This document shows, piece by piece, positions 51,136 through 61,228 of a stretch of DNA of 64,000 nucleotides. The translations under genes were made by a program, and so were the position numbers. Numbering within the stretch: position 1 is the first letter of the stretch; each line of letters begins with the position of its first letter. Source of the DNA: Ignavibacteriales bacterium. Its GTDB lineage: Bacteria; Bacteroidota; Ignavibacteria; T3Sed10-11. The notes beneath the pieces are model-generated. The model was not told where the DNA came from. It made no database searches and worked only from the letters and a program-made list of their open reading frames with translations. Location: NCBI GenBank assembly GCA_003568415.1, contig PWXV01000155.1, positions 17,114 to 81,113 on the forward strand. Reading direction: 5' to 3'.

Positions 51136-54100
51136 TTATCTTACCACCGCAATCTTTATAAATACTACTTGTGAGTTGTTTGCACTGCGTGCTTCTATTC
51201 TCCCGAGGTATACACCGCTCTGGACACCGGATGCATCCCATGAGATTTCATTATCCATACCACCGTTTCCCGGACCGTCAAAGGAAGTTATTTTCTCACC
51301 GTTCATCTCATAAATTGAAATAGAAACATCGGCGCTTTCACTGAGATAGTACCGGATATATGTTTCACCGTCATAAACGGGATTTGGCCAATTATAAGCA
51401 CGGTCTTCCGGCAAAAACTCATCAACTAATGGTTGTCGCGGAAGCGTAATTCTTTGTACATTACTTCGCCGGTGATCGATTCGTTCTTCTCCCCACCACA
51501 CGCGGTCTGCATTCCATTCACCGGAAAACCTGTATGCATATAAAAGATTATCCGCAGTTACGAATGCAAGAGCAAACTTCCCCTCTGCCTCGAATACAGC
51601 AGGTGATCCAATAACGCGTTCACCGGCTGCAAGGGGAGTTCCTGCAGCAGCACTTCCGTGTGCATTATGAAATTGTATAAGATTATCGTTACTGCTAACG
51701 GCTACGTCTATTCTGTCATTTCCGTCAAAGTCGGCTGCAACGGGATAAATATTATAGAGTAGTTGTTCACCTACACGAAGCGGAAAATGATCCAGAACGG
51801 CTCCGCTTCTGTTATATGCATATAATGCAGTGCCTAATGGTGTGACTATATCGATTATCCCATCCTTATCAAGATCAACGGCAATCGGGAAACCGATTCC
51901 GTTAACAGTGACTCTTTCGATTGAAAATTTTTCGAGTATAGATTGTTCTGAACTGCTTAGCATATGGTTCGATTTTGGCGGACTCACCATAATTTCCGGC
52001 TGCATAATGTAAACAGCTTCATCGCCGACACCTGCTACATAAGCACTACCGTTTTCCATAAAAGCAGTCGTTCTTTTGACGGTTTCGGGAAACTCCCTCT
52101 CAAATTCTTCTTCATTAACGAATAAAACGCTTGTTTCACTTGTCGCCGCCCAATTATTTTCATTGAAAATATGAATATCGGTAATGGTACTTCCATCTGA
52201 TACTGTTCCCGCTGTTTTGACCTCGGTACCGTCTATAATTTTAATTTCTCCATCCCCGGTACCGACAATACACATACCGTTCTGCAATAATGCAGGTCCG
52301 GCTGTAACATTCGCACCAAACGAAAAAGATTCGCCGGCAAAAAATTCATATTCTTCGCCGTTTTCAGGTGCAGCAATATTCCATTTTGTAACGTATGATT
52401 CATCCGTCCGCGTATAGAGAACGATACTGCCATTATCATCGTACCAGGCAGGCGTACCGGTAACCCGTCTCTCATACGGTCTCTGGATATGAGTTAGTTC
52501 ACCATACGCATCGATAACCTGCAGCACACCGTCATTCACAAACAATATTCCATTGCCAAATGGAACCGGAGATGTCGAACTGCCGGCTGCATGCAACCGG
52601 TATGGAAAACCATCTAACAGACTAACTTTTTCCGAACCCACACGAACGGTCAATTGCATAACCGGATCACGTTCCGAGAAATCATACATTGTAATATTAC
52701 TCGGTGCACCGGTATTGCTCACTGAAGGAGGAATGGTAGTGGCATCGAAACGATTTTCATAAATTGGTGCGGGGTTATCCTTAAACCAGAAGTCGAATTG
52801 TGTTCCATCCTCCGATCCCTGCCCCGGCTGCAGGAACTCAAATTCACGTCCGATATCCTGAGAACCATCTGCTTCTACCACCCGTACTCCGCGGTTTTCA
52901 ATATCAGCGTTGATCCGATTCTCAGCTATACGTGTATCTATAATGCGTTCATCTATATGCCAGATAACAATACCGCCGTCATAAAATATTTCATCTGCTT
53001 CGATATACGCACCGGGTAAACTCCAGTCGTATACTTCGACGTCCAACACTACACCAGCTATGTCGCTGATGTCAAAAGCATTGAAACCAACCCGGTCCCG
53101 CTCCACGGTGAACTCAACTTCCTCACCATTTTGCATGAGCGTAACGGTTTGTCCCGCACCGAAGGGATTACGATGACGGTTTTCAACAAGATAATACTCC
53201 CGTTCATTTATCGGCACACGCAGAATGCTGTCAGGTTGTCGATGTGCTACAGCTGAAATGGAAAAGGTATGTTCCCCTGGCTGCACTGTTTTCGGTTCGA
53301 TCCATCCGAGATAATATTTTTCCCAGGCCGATAATTCCGGTGGGAATAAGCCCATAAAACTAAAGATCGCCTGGCCATCCATCAATCCGAATCTACCGAT
53401 ACCGGATCGTCCGGTATCGGTATTAAACAAATCGGGGAGACCGAGCCGGCTTCCGTACATTGCACAAACGAGACCGTTCATCCCAAGCTGGAGTAATTGT
53501 CTGCCGGTAACAAGGTTCAGTTCGCGATTTTGTGTTTCGGGTAAAACCATTGAATTGGTAATACGAAATCCATCGGGACCTACTTCGACACCGTTGTAAT
53601 CTTCTCCGAAAATTCGCCTGAGACTTTGCGGACCGAGATACAACGAGGGGATATCAAGTGGCGTCGGATCAAATCCAAATATACTTGTAAGGTCAACATC
53701 CCGGCCTACACCTGCATGAAAAATGATGAAGGTATCATACTCATCAAATGGTATTTGCGGGGATTGTTCGGCAGCAAGCTGCCACGCTTCTTCAAAAAGT
53801 AATCCTATCTCTGTAAAATCACCATTTGTGCGGGGACTATATGTTCCCATTTGTTCCGACAGAGTGAATATTTCATCCCAGACAGTATATTCAATGGTCA
53901 ACCGCCCACCTGAAACTTCATCATAATACCGTCGTGCAAATTCGAGATGATATTCAAAGTATTCAGCATCGTGCGGCGGCGGGTTCAATATGTCTGTCGT
54001 ACCATCTGATAGATCAAACTGTCCATCACCGGTAGTACGTGAATCTTCATCCGGTTGGAATTGTACCATAATTGCAAGAGTTCGGAGTGTGTCGGGCACA

Positions 54101-54234
54101 TCGGGGCGAGAAATATAAGAAGCGGAATCACCCCCGGCTAGCGTTAGGGGGTGATTCATAATCTGACCGAATAATCCAACAACTAAAAATACGACACCGG
54201 CTCCAGCACAGAAAAGAGGTCGAAAATATTTCAT
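51136..54234 (-). CDS. T9SS C-terminal-domain (type A sorting signal) secreted protein with FG-GAP-like repeats and an M6/InhA-like region lacking HExxH
   Basis: C-terminal ~80 aa (NPVYDGETYIRYYLSESADVSISIYEMNGEKI ... SGVYLGRIEA ... FIKIAVVR) fits the Por secretion tail. DxDxDG-type repeats (DLDKDGIIDIV, DFDGNDRIDVAV). GLVCAMYGSRLGLPDLF aligns to the InhA HEFGHDLGLPDEY segment with the catalytic residues replaced. Confidence 0.55.
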   Translation of the reverse strand: MKYFRPLFCAGAGVVFLVVGLFGQIMNHPLTLAGGDSASYISRPDVPDTLRTLAIMVQFQPDEDSRTTGDGQFDLSDGTTDILNPPPHDAEYFEYHLEFARRYYDEVSGGRLTIEYTVWDEIFTLSEQMGTYSPRTNGDFTEIGLLFEEAWQLAAEQSPQIPFDEYDTFIIFHAGVGRDVDLTSIFGFDPTPLDIPSLYLGPQSLRRIFGEDYNGVEVGPDGFRITNSMVLPETQNRELNLVTGRQLLQLGMNGLVCAMYGSRLGLPDLFNTDTGRSGIGRFGLMDGQAIFSFMGLFPPELSAWEKYYLGWIEPKTVQPGEHTFSISAVAHRQPDSILRVPINEREYYLVENRHRNPFGAGQTVTLMQNGEEVEFTVERDRVGFNAFDISDIAGVVLDVEVYDWSLPGAYIEADEIFYDGGIVIWHIDERIIDTRIAENRINADIENRGVRVVEADGSQDIGREFEFLQPGQGSEDGTQFDFWFKDNPAPIYENRFDATTIPPSVSNTGAPSNITMYDFSERDPVMQLTVRVGSEKVSLLDGFPYRLHAAGSSTSPVPFGNGILFVNDGVLQVIDAYGELTHIQRPYERRVTGTPAWYDDNGSIVLYTRTDESYVTKWNIAAPENGEEYEFFAGESFSFGANVTAGPALLQNGMCIVGTGDGEIKIIDGTEVKTAGTVSDGSTITDIHIFNENNWAATSETSVLFVNEEEFEREFPETVKRTTAFMENGSAYVAGVGDEAVYIMQPEIMVSPPKSNHMLSSSEQSILEKFSIERVTVNGIGFPIAVDLDKDGIIDIVTPLGTALYAYNRSGAVLDHFPLRVGEQLLYNIYPVAADFDGNDRIDVAVSSNDNLIQFHNAHGSAAAGTPLAAGERVIGSPAVFEAEGKFALAFVTADNLLYAYRFSGEWNADRVWWGEERIDHRRSNVQRITLPRQPLVDEFLPEDRAYNWPNPVYDGETYIRYYLSESADVSISIYEMNGEKITSFDGPGNGGMDNEISWDASGVQSGVYLGRIEARSANNSQVVFIKIAVVR

Positions 54235-54245
54235 GTGTTCTTATT

Positions 54246-55328
54246 TTACCACGAAAGCAATAGTGTGAATCGCAACGTATCCGATAGTGGATGATTCTCT
54301 TCTATAGTTGCTATATAACTAAAATCAAAACCGTAGATGTCGTATCGGATACCGGCACCGAAGGTCAGGAACTTGCGGTTACCATGATCTTCGTGTTCAT
54401 GGAAATAACCGGCACGTAATGCAATAAAACCGGCATACCAATATTCTAATCCACCGGACATAATTACTTTTTCTAAGCCGCCGTCACCCCAGGCAGTAAA
54501 GATCGCTTTATAAAATGGATCTGGTTGCGGGATTTCTTCGGTATCCGGATCGCGTTCATAACGGCGTACTAAAATTCGACTGAAGTCAGCACCCAGTGTC
54601 AACTCATTTGTTTCGGTATCAACCAATTTCAGACCAAACCCTGCCCTTAAATTGGTCGGGATAGGATCAGCCTGGTCGGCATCGATATATGTTATTCTCG
54701 GACCAAGATTTTGTAAATTAGCGCCGAGGGTCAGCGGCATATCAAACAATGATGTTTTGTAAAGGATACCGATATCACCTGCAACTGTCGTTCCAACACC
54801 GGTACCTTCTTCCTGTTCAGTTCCTATCGGTGATAAAGCACTATGAATTACCCGCAGGTTTACTCCGAGTCCTAAATTGGAATTAATCTTTGTAGCATAA
54901 CCGGCTGTGACCGCAAACTCATAGCTTCGGAATGTCCCGATCGGATCCGGTCCGAGCGATGATGTCCGTGTATGTTCACCCAAATTCAGATAGGTAATTG
55001 CTGCGGATACAGTTCCGTTGAGTGATTCAATGTGATTCCTGTAATTCAGGTAATCATAAAAGAGGTCGGACATACCGAATTCAGGCAACCAGTTAGTATG
55101 CGTGATACTGATCTCCTGTCCTGTTTGAAACGCAAGACCTGCAGGATTCCAATGGATCGCAGCGGCATCATCTGCAATACCGGTTCCGATTTCACCCATA
55201 CCCGAAGCACGAGAGTTCGGCGATATCATCAAAAATGGCACAGCAGCTTCACCTTGCGCTTCAGCCGATCCGTTGACAAAAAGACATATCAACAATAGAG
55301 CTGCGATAAAGGAATACATTGTTTTCAT
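54246..55328 (-). CDS. porV: T9SS outer-membrane beta-barrel PorV (LptO) / PorQ family
   Basis: Signal peptide, then AAVPFLMISPNSRASGMGEIGTGIADDAAAIHWNPAGLAF, the conserved N-terminal motif of the PorV/PorQ FadL-like family. Immediately downstream of porU, as in many Bacteroidota. Confidence 0.65.
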   Translation of the reverse strand: MKTMYSFIAALLLICLFVNGSAEAQGEAAVPFLMISPNSRASGMGEIGTGIADDAAAIHWNPAGLAFQTGQEISITHTNWLPEFGMSDLFYDYLNYRNHIESLNGTVSAAITYLNLGEHTRTSSLGPDPIGTFRSYEFAVTAGYATKINSNLGLGVNLRVIHSALSPIGTEQEEGTGVGTTVAGDIGILYKTSLFDMPLTLGANLQNLGPRITYIDADQADPIPTNLRAGFGLKLVDTETNELTLGADFSRILVRRYERDPDTEEIPQPDPFYKAIFTAWGDGGLEKVIMSGGLEYWYAGFIALRAGYFHEHEDHGNRKFLTFGAGIRYDIYGFDFSYIATIEENHPLSDTLRFTLLLSW

Positions 55329-55465
55329 AGTTCATCCTCCGAATGGATCGTGAATAATGCTCCTGCTCATAATTATAGTAAATTAAATTATTTTAATTTG
55401 AATTGCAAGGAACAATAGTAAATGATTAATAATGATTTCTTATTGTTATTTATAAAATTTTTGTG

Positions 55466-58400
55466 CTATCTCATAACGACTAATCTGCCGAGCGCCTCAC
55501 TTGTATATTCTCCGTCAGCTGTTCGTGCAATAACTTTATAAAAGTAAACGCCATTCGCGAGCCGGTCTCCGTCATCATCGTAACCGGTCCAGGGTATTCT
55601 GACAAACCGATCGGTGACGCTGTATTCTTGTAATTCGGCAATGAGGCGTCCGGCTACCGTGTACACTTTTATCTCCACATCAATCGGCACATTCTGATTA
55701 TGCTGGAAAGTAAACACGGTCTCACGCTGAAACGGATTCGGATAGTTATAAACATTCTGTACGGTCAATTGCTCACTGGAAGCGACTTCGAAAAATATTT
55801 CTGCAGTCGACGAGTTATTGTACACATCCCATGCACGCATTTTTAAATGGTGAGGGCCGGATTCGAGTTCATCCATTTGATACTCAATACTTCCCTCCTG
55901 ATAGCTGTCAACTGCACCGGTATAGTAGTCGGTGAGGTCAATGCTCTCACCATCATTGTGCCAGGCTTCGATACGATGCCCGACCCCGCCCCCTGATATA
56001 TTGATCCCCGATTCATCAAAGAGATCGACTAAAAGCAAGGGGTGCTCGGATACGAGATCTCCGCTCCGGAAATTTCTGTCATCGAGATACATTGTTATTT
56101 CAGGCCCTTCAGTATCTGGTGTCACGGTAGTATCGATGCCGCCCAATACAATATCCCTGCTGAATCCCCGTCCATCGCTATTATCTTCCCAGAAATATAG
56201 CGCTATTCTCCCCTCTCTACCTTCGTGACTTATATCCTTCGGCACAACAAAACTTGATGAATACCGACCGCGATTAATTGAACTCTCACCCCGAAATATA
56301 ACATTTCCGGATATCGTAAACGACCATCCGCCCCACTCAGTCACACTAACCACTTTATCCGAATCATAAACACTTACAAACATACGACCATCAAAATCTT
56401 CATTAAGTGAACCGTCAGGTTTGTTAATAGTACCATCAATGGTAACTTTTTGCAGTGCTTTCAGCATAACCGTCTCATCAACCGGCTCATCGTTAATTTT
56501 CGTGACCGATGCATTATATTTGGGTATTTGCAAACGTACCGTCGGATCTCCGAGTAAAACAAATTTTATATCATTCACGCCATGCCGCACCTGCTTTGTC
56601 GCAAACAGTGCGTCACCGACCCGCGGATACGTACCGTCGTTCAACGGATTCAATAAATTCTGGTAAAATCTATTGTTGAACTGTGCGTTGTCTGATGACC
56701 AGACTATACGTGAGGATGACAGGAGGCCTATAGTGCCACCTTCCTCACGGCTAACAAGTAACTCACCGCCGCTTTGTTCGCTCGGATCATCAAATCGAGA
56801 AAAATCACAGGTAGCAGCAGTCACAAAAGAGAGCCGGTTACGGTTATTGAGTTGCGGAATAGTAGTCTCCTTCACAAAAATCCATTCGTGAGCCCATACA
56901 CGCGGATTGCCGTGGCCTGTCCAGTTAATAATAAGCGATCCCTCATTAAACGTGCGTACTATTTCTTTGTTAACTTCAGGTTGACGGCGACCAGTCGCAG
57001 TATTCTCAATAGGATACTCGATAGCATAAATTTTCTCTTTTTCGAATGCTGCGGGAGTGAAATCACGGGCAAGTTGTTCGGATTGCCAGGTGTGCAGATT
57101 CCCCTCATTGCCGCCGCGAGTTGTCAATCCATTATCGGCAATATACGTAACCAAATTTCTCCATGCACCGGGATCGGATTTCGTTTCGTAATTAATAATT
57201 TTATCAACCATCACGCGGGCATCTTCTTCGTTAATTGCATTCAATCTGCCGATAGATAGTGACGGGCGGCGCGATCCGTCTGTAAATTGCACAAAGAAAT
57301 CATCAGTTGTATAGGTATTTATTTGACTGAAGGATTCATTGGTTTGCCATGTGGGCACATAATTACGCCGGTAGCCGAGATACTCACGGTAATCGTATGA
57401 GCCGGAACCAAACAATAGTACATACCTCGGTGTCACCTGCCAGGATTCGTAAGCATGGGACAGGAAATCACGGATTGCAGTGGGATCGACCAACCCGCCG
57501 GAAAACTCATTATATATGCTTTTCACATCAACGACAATGGTAGATAAACTATTCTCTGTAAATGACTCCCGGTGCTGCTTTAATCGTTCTGCCTCCGATA
57601 CCAGGTGCGGATGGGCAACGATAATGAATTCCGCACCTTCTGCAATACCGCGAAGATTCGAATTCTCAATCGGTTCAATCGTTTCAATTGATCTATAACC
57701 GTTTGGTGCAGCCGCAGCATATCTGCCGGGTGCTCCACGTTGTTCTTCGGATTGAAACCGTATTGCTGCACCTTCAATGTTTTCGGTAATACGGTTAACA
57801 TCTGTATAGTCCGTTACTTCATACGCAGTAATTTGAGAGGAGGTAAATCCTTCTACGGCAAATTCAACAACTCCTGTCGTATCAGGTGCGGTAAAAACTA
57901 AATGATCGTCTTCTGCTTGAAAACTCCTCGGATAGTGAATTTCAAACCATTCAAGAAATCCTTCAGATTGAGCGCCGGCATTATATTGAAATCGTAGAGC
58001 ACTCCGGTCATCCGGAAACGATCCGGATCTTGTAAACATTGTAGTTGCACTTCTGGCAGCATAATTTCCGGTTATTGTACCGAGATTAACACCGGAAACA
58101 GGTATCGCGCCAAGACTTACCCCCTGATCTTCAATACTAAAGTTTGTCTGGCTCGGTGCTCGAGCGGCCACCTGAATACGATATCGGGTAGGTGCCTGAG
58201 GTGTAAATCCATGCAACTGCTGGGGAAAAGTCGATACATTTCCCGGAGAGAACGATTCTCCCATCCATTCACGACCTGAATCGAGTAAATTGATTTTCGG
58301 ATCGCGATATACTAAACTTGCAATAAAATGGTCGGGTCGTATAGGGTTTTGTTCATCCAATGAGGGAACTGTTTGCATCCGGCGGCCTTGTTCCCCGCCA

Positions 58401-59596
58401 TAGGTGACAAAGTATGTGTTCTCTTCGACGTAATAATTGTACCGATGATGAAATAGCTGATTATCTGGATCATACTCCCAGGTTGTGGTTCCTGTCCCGT
58501 AAAAGACAATATAATCACCTGCATTAAACTCACCATCCTCCTCACCCCGCACGTATATTGCTATTTCAACAAGATCTTCAGGTCTGTCTTGCGTTATAGA
58601 TTCCGGCAACTTTTTGCCGCCGTGGCTGTACATTTTTATGGTTCGCGGATCTATTTGATTAACCGGTATACCTGCCTCCTCAAGCACCGCTCTGTTAATA
58701 CGATACATACCTTCTTCTTCAACTGAGATCCTGTACCATTGTCCTTCGTGCAGCAAACTGTTCTGATGAGAAACAGGTGCCCCACGCACACCTTCCATTC
58801 GCAACCGTGCCTCGGGGGATACCGATACCTGGTTTATATTAAGCACAGTATTACGCAGTATTGTATGCGTATACTCGTCAATTGTACCGAAAGATCCGCT
58901 GTCAAACGATATACGCACAATAATCCGGTTATGAAGATTTACCGTATTACCGTCACGTTCAAGTTGTACCGGATGTATATGAAGAGTACCGAGCACGACA
59001 TTTCTGACGGCACCGATGTCATGGATATCTACGAGCGGTTGATCAATCTCAGTCTGTATATCAAGGCCGTTTGCGGTGAGATACATCTCATCATCTTCAT
59101 CTTTATATATATCACCAAGCGGTGGTACACGAATACCGCGAACAGTATGATAATCCTTCTGCATCACCTCGATTGAGGGGGCGCCGGTTGAGGGTAATGC
59201 AATCGTTACTGCACGGTACTTCAAATCAGGGTATGCAGGATCGGTTCGCTCGGGTGATTGACTACCATAATATGAAATACCGGTGTACTCAGTATCGTCT
59301 ATCGTTACTGTATCGTATTGTACGTCTTTGAGGCGGTATTCAATTGTTATGCCGCGTGAATTGGATTCGAGGATATTTATATCGGGATAAGCCGGATGTG
59401 TATTCGGAGTCTGGGTTAAGGTACTATTAGAAATGCTCACCGAACTTACCGCAACTGCAGTAAGTAACCACATATAATAAAAAACCGAATGACGGCTACT
59501 ATAAAAAACCCGTTTCCATTCGGTCAACCGGTGACAGAATGTACCTATTGGCAATATTTGTTCGTTAAAAGACAATGCAACCTTATTAAATACCAT
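55466..59596 (-). CDS. porU: T9SS C-terminal signal peptidase PorU (gingipain-like peptidase C25) with CTD
   Basis: C25 catalytic dyad contexts WTGHGN and ATCDFS. Por secretion tail at the C-terminus (NPFQRETVFTFQHNQNVPIDVEIKVYTVAGRLI ... NGVYFYKVIART). The true start is probably the internal MWLLTAVAVSSVS signal peptide (~59473). Confidence 0.7.
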   Translation of the reverse strand: MVFNKVALSFNEQILPIGTFCHRLTEWKRVFYSSRHSVFYYMWLLTAVAVSSVSISNSTLTQTPNTHPAYPDINILESNSRGITIEYRLKDVQYDTVTIDDTEYTGISYYGSQSPERTDPAYPDLKYRAVTIALPSTGAPSIEVMQKDYHTVRGIRVPPLGDIYKDEDDEMYLTANGLDIQTEIDQPLVDIHDIGAVRNVVLGTLHIHPVQLERDGNTVNLHNRIIVRISFDSGSFGTIDEYTHTILRNTVLNINQVSVSPEARLRMEGVRGAPVSHQNSLLHEGQWYRISVEEEGMYRINRAVLEEAGIPVNQIDPRTIKMYSHGGKKLPESITQDRPEDLVEIAIYVRGEEDGEFNAGDYIVFYGTGTTTWEYDPDNQLFHHRYNYYVEENTYFVTYGGEQGRRMQTVPSLDEQNPIRPDHFIASLVYRDPKINLLDSGREWMGESFSPGNVSTFPQQLHGFTPQAPTRYRIQVAARAPSQTNFSIEDQGVSLGAIPVSGVNLGTITGNYAARSATTMFTRSGSFPDDRSALRFQYNAGAQSEGFLEWFEIHYPRSFQAEDDHLVFTAPDTTGVVEFAVEGFTSSQITAYEVTDYTDVNRITENIEGAAIRFQSEEQRGAPGRYAAAAPNGYRSIETIEPIENSNLRGIAEGAEFIIVAHPHLVSEAERLKQHRESFTENSLSTIVVDVKSIYNEFSGGLVDPTAIRDFLSHAYESWQVTPRYVLLFGSGSYDYREYLGYRRNYVPTWQTNESFSQINTYTTDDFFVQFTDGSRRPSLSIGRLNAINEEDARVMVDKIINYETKSDPGAWRNLVTYIADNGLTTRGGNEGNLHTWQSEQLARDFTPAAFEKEKIYAIEYPIENTATGRRQPEVNKEIVRTFNEGSLIINWTGHGNPRVWAHEWIFVKETTIPQLNNRNRLSFVTAATCDFSRFDDPSEQSGGELLVSREEGGTIGLLSSSRIVWSSDNAQFNNRFYQNLLNPLNDGTYPRVGDALFATKQVRHGVNDIKFVLLGDPTVRLQIPKYNASVTKINDEPVDETVMLKALQKVTIDGTINKPDGSLNEDFDGRMFVSVYDSDKVVSVTEWGGWSFTISGNVIFRGESSINRGRYSSSFVVPKDISHEGREGRIALYFWEDNSDGRGFSRDIVLGGIDTTVTPDTEGPEITMYLDDRNFRSGDLVSEHPLLLVDLFDESGINISGGGVGHRIEAWHNDGESIDLTDYYTGAVDSYQEGSIEYQMDELESGPHHLKMRAWDVYNNSSTAEIFFEVASSEQLTVQNVYNYPNPFQRETVFTFQHNQNVPIDVEIKVYTVAGRLIAELQEYSVTDRFVRIPWTGYDDDGDRLANGVYFYKVIARTADGEYTSEALGRLVVMR

Positions 59597-59716
59597 CCCG
59601 ACAATTAAAAAATTAAAAAACTTCTAACGAACTACTGATAGGCACACCTGTAAATTGTTTCACACCAATAATTAATAGATACAAAAATATAGATATTTAT
59701 GTCGACAAAATCAACA

Positions 59717-60097
59717 CTACCCCGGAGGCCAGGTCATACGGCGTCCGCCCATAATATGCAGATGCAGATGCGGAACCGTTTGCCCGCCATTCACACCATA
59801 ATTCACCACAAGCCGGTAGCCATCCTCGTCTATTTTATTTTTTTTAGCTATTTTTTGGGCAATAAGCACCATTTTACTCATTAATTCAGTATCATCTTGT
59901 TTCATATCCTGAACAGAATCAATATGCTTTCGCGGAACGATCAACACATGTACCGGCGCCTGCGGGTTGATATCATTAAAGGCAACCAGCTCATCATCCT
60001 CATGAACAATATCACTTTTCATCCGTTTATTTACAATCTCACAAAAAATACAATCTGCCATCAGGAATTCCTCCTTTTCGGTATTGTTATGATTCAC
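59717..60097 (-). CDS. HIT (histidine triad) family nucleotide hydrolase
   Basis: HVPHLHLHIMGG histidine triad. 126 aa. Confidence 0.85.
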   Translation of the reverse strand: MNHNNTEKEEFLMADCIFCEIVNKRMKSDIVHEDDELVAFNDINPQAPVHVLIVPRKHIDSVQDMKQDDTELMSKMVLIAQKIAKKNKIDEDGYRLVVNYGVNGGQTVPHLHLHIMGGRRMTWPPG

Positions 60098-60744
60098 TTA
60101 ACGAATCTTTTTTCGATATCCATTACTTTATCAACTCGCTTCTTATGTCTTCCGCCACTGAACCATGTATTGAGAAAAATATTCACGACCCCCTTGGCAA
60201 CATCTATACCTATCCCCCTGCTGCCGAGTGTCAATACATTTGCATCATTATGTTCACGACTGTTCCTTGCAGTAAATTCATTATAACAGCAAGCCGCACG
60301 AACCCCCGGCACCTTATTCGCAGCCATACTCGAACCGATCCCCGCACCATCGATCATAATTCCACGCCAAGCTTCACCTTTCGCGACCGAATATGCAACC
60401 GCATACGCGAAATCAGGATAATCACACGACTCTTCAGAATACGTACCGACATCCATTACTTCATAACCGAGGTCTTTTATATACTTACTCAGCTCAGCTT
60501 TCATCGTAAAACCGCCGTGATCTGAGCCGATTGCGACGACTCCACCTTTTTCCTTAACCGGCCTGTTTGTTGATGGGGCTTCTTTTTCCGGTGGTTTATC
60601 GGTAGATAGTTCTATTTGTAAATGTAATGCTCTGTCCCGGGCAGCCGGTGTAATGATATCATTATCATGTACATACAGAACCCTGCAACCTTTTTGATGC
60701 GCGTCATTTATGGTCTGTTCTGTAATTAGTTTTCTGGTCATTAG
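60094..60744 (-). CDS. rpiB: Ribose-5-phosphate isomerase B (RpiB/LacA/LacB family) with ~70-90 aa N-terminal extension
   Basis: C-terminal 150 aa carries GSDHGGFTMKAEL ... GIGSSMAANKVPGVRAA ... the RpiB signature. The N-terminal extension LITEQTINDAHQKGCRVLYVHDNDIITPAARDRA is not part of canonical RpiB. Start placed at the internal MTRK (60744) to avoid the 59-nt overlap with the upstream gene. The ORF track extends it to 60807. Confidence 0.7.
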   Translation of the reverse strand, partial: LMTRKLITEQTINDAHQKGCRVLYVHDNDIITPAARDRALHLQIELSTDKPPEKEAPSTNRPVKEKGGVVAIGSDHGGFTMKAELSKYIKDLGYEVMDVGTYSEESCDYPDFAYAVAYSVAKGEAWRGIMIDGAGIGSSMAANKVPGVRAACCYNEFTARNSREHNDANVLTLGSRGIGIDVAKGVVNIFLNTWFSGGRHKKRVDKVMDIEKRFVK

Positions 60745-60748
60745 TATT

Positions 60749-61228
60749 CTATTGTTGTTCGCCCCATTCGAGAACTTCAAGCCGGACGCGGGCTGTACCG
60801 GATTCAATCATATCGATCCGGCGTGCCGCACCGAGCGACAGATCAATTATTCGGCCTTCTACAAACGGGCCCCGGTCATTAATTCGAACAATAACATTTT
60901 TGTCATTCGTCAGGTTTTGAACCCGAATGATCGTATTGAACGGAAACGATTTATGCGCAGCAGTCATTGCATACATATCATACGATTCACCGTTTGCCGT
61001 TTGCCGGCCGTGAAAGTCATGTGCATAATAGGAAGCCACGCCCTCAACCGTCAATACCGCTGATCGACCGGCGTATTCCGACGGTTCACTTCTGTTGGTT
61101 GGCCGCTCAGTTCCGGTAAACCGCGGACTGGCAGTGCAACCATATAACAATGATAGCAGTAAAATAAGAAAAACTGTAATATAAACCCAACGCTCCATAG
61201 TCATATCCTGATAATTACAATAGATCAT
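60749..61228 (-). CDS. rlpA: RlpA-like double-psi beta-barrel lipoprotein (septal ring lytic transglycosylase family)
   Basis: GVASYYAHDFHGRQTANGESYD ... ASYY...G..TA.GE DPBB motif. N-terminal TM/lipobox. Confidence 0.75.
   Translation of the reverse strand: MIYCNYQDMTMERWVYITVFLILLLSLLYGCTASPRFTGTERPTNRSEPSEYAGRSAVLTVEGVASYYAHDFHGRQTANGESYDMYAMTAAHKSFPFNTIIRVQNLTNDKNVIVRINDRGPFVEGRIIDLSLGAARRIDMIESGTARVRLEVLEWGEQQ

Noticed and set aside
56774-57259. 161-aa + strand ORF, and similar + strand ORFs at 58739..59176 and 55932..56228
   Set aside because: All embedded antisense in the porU gene, which has a C25 dyad and CTD.
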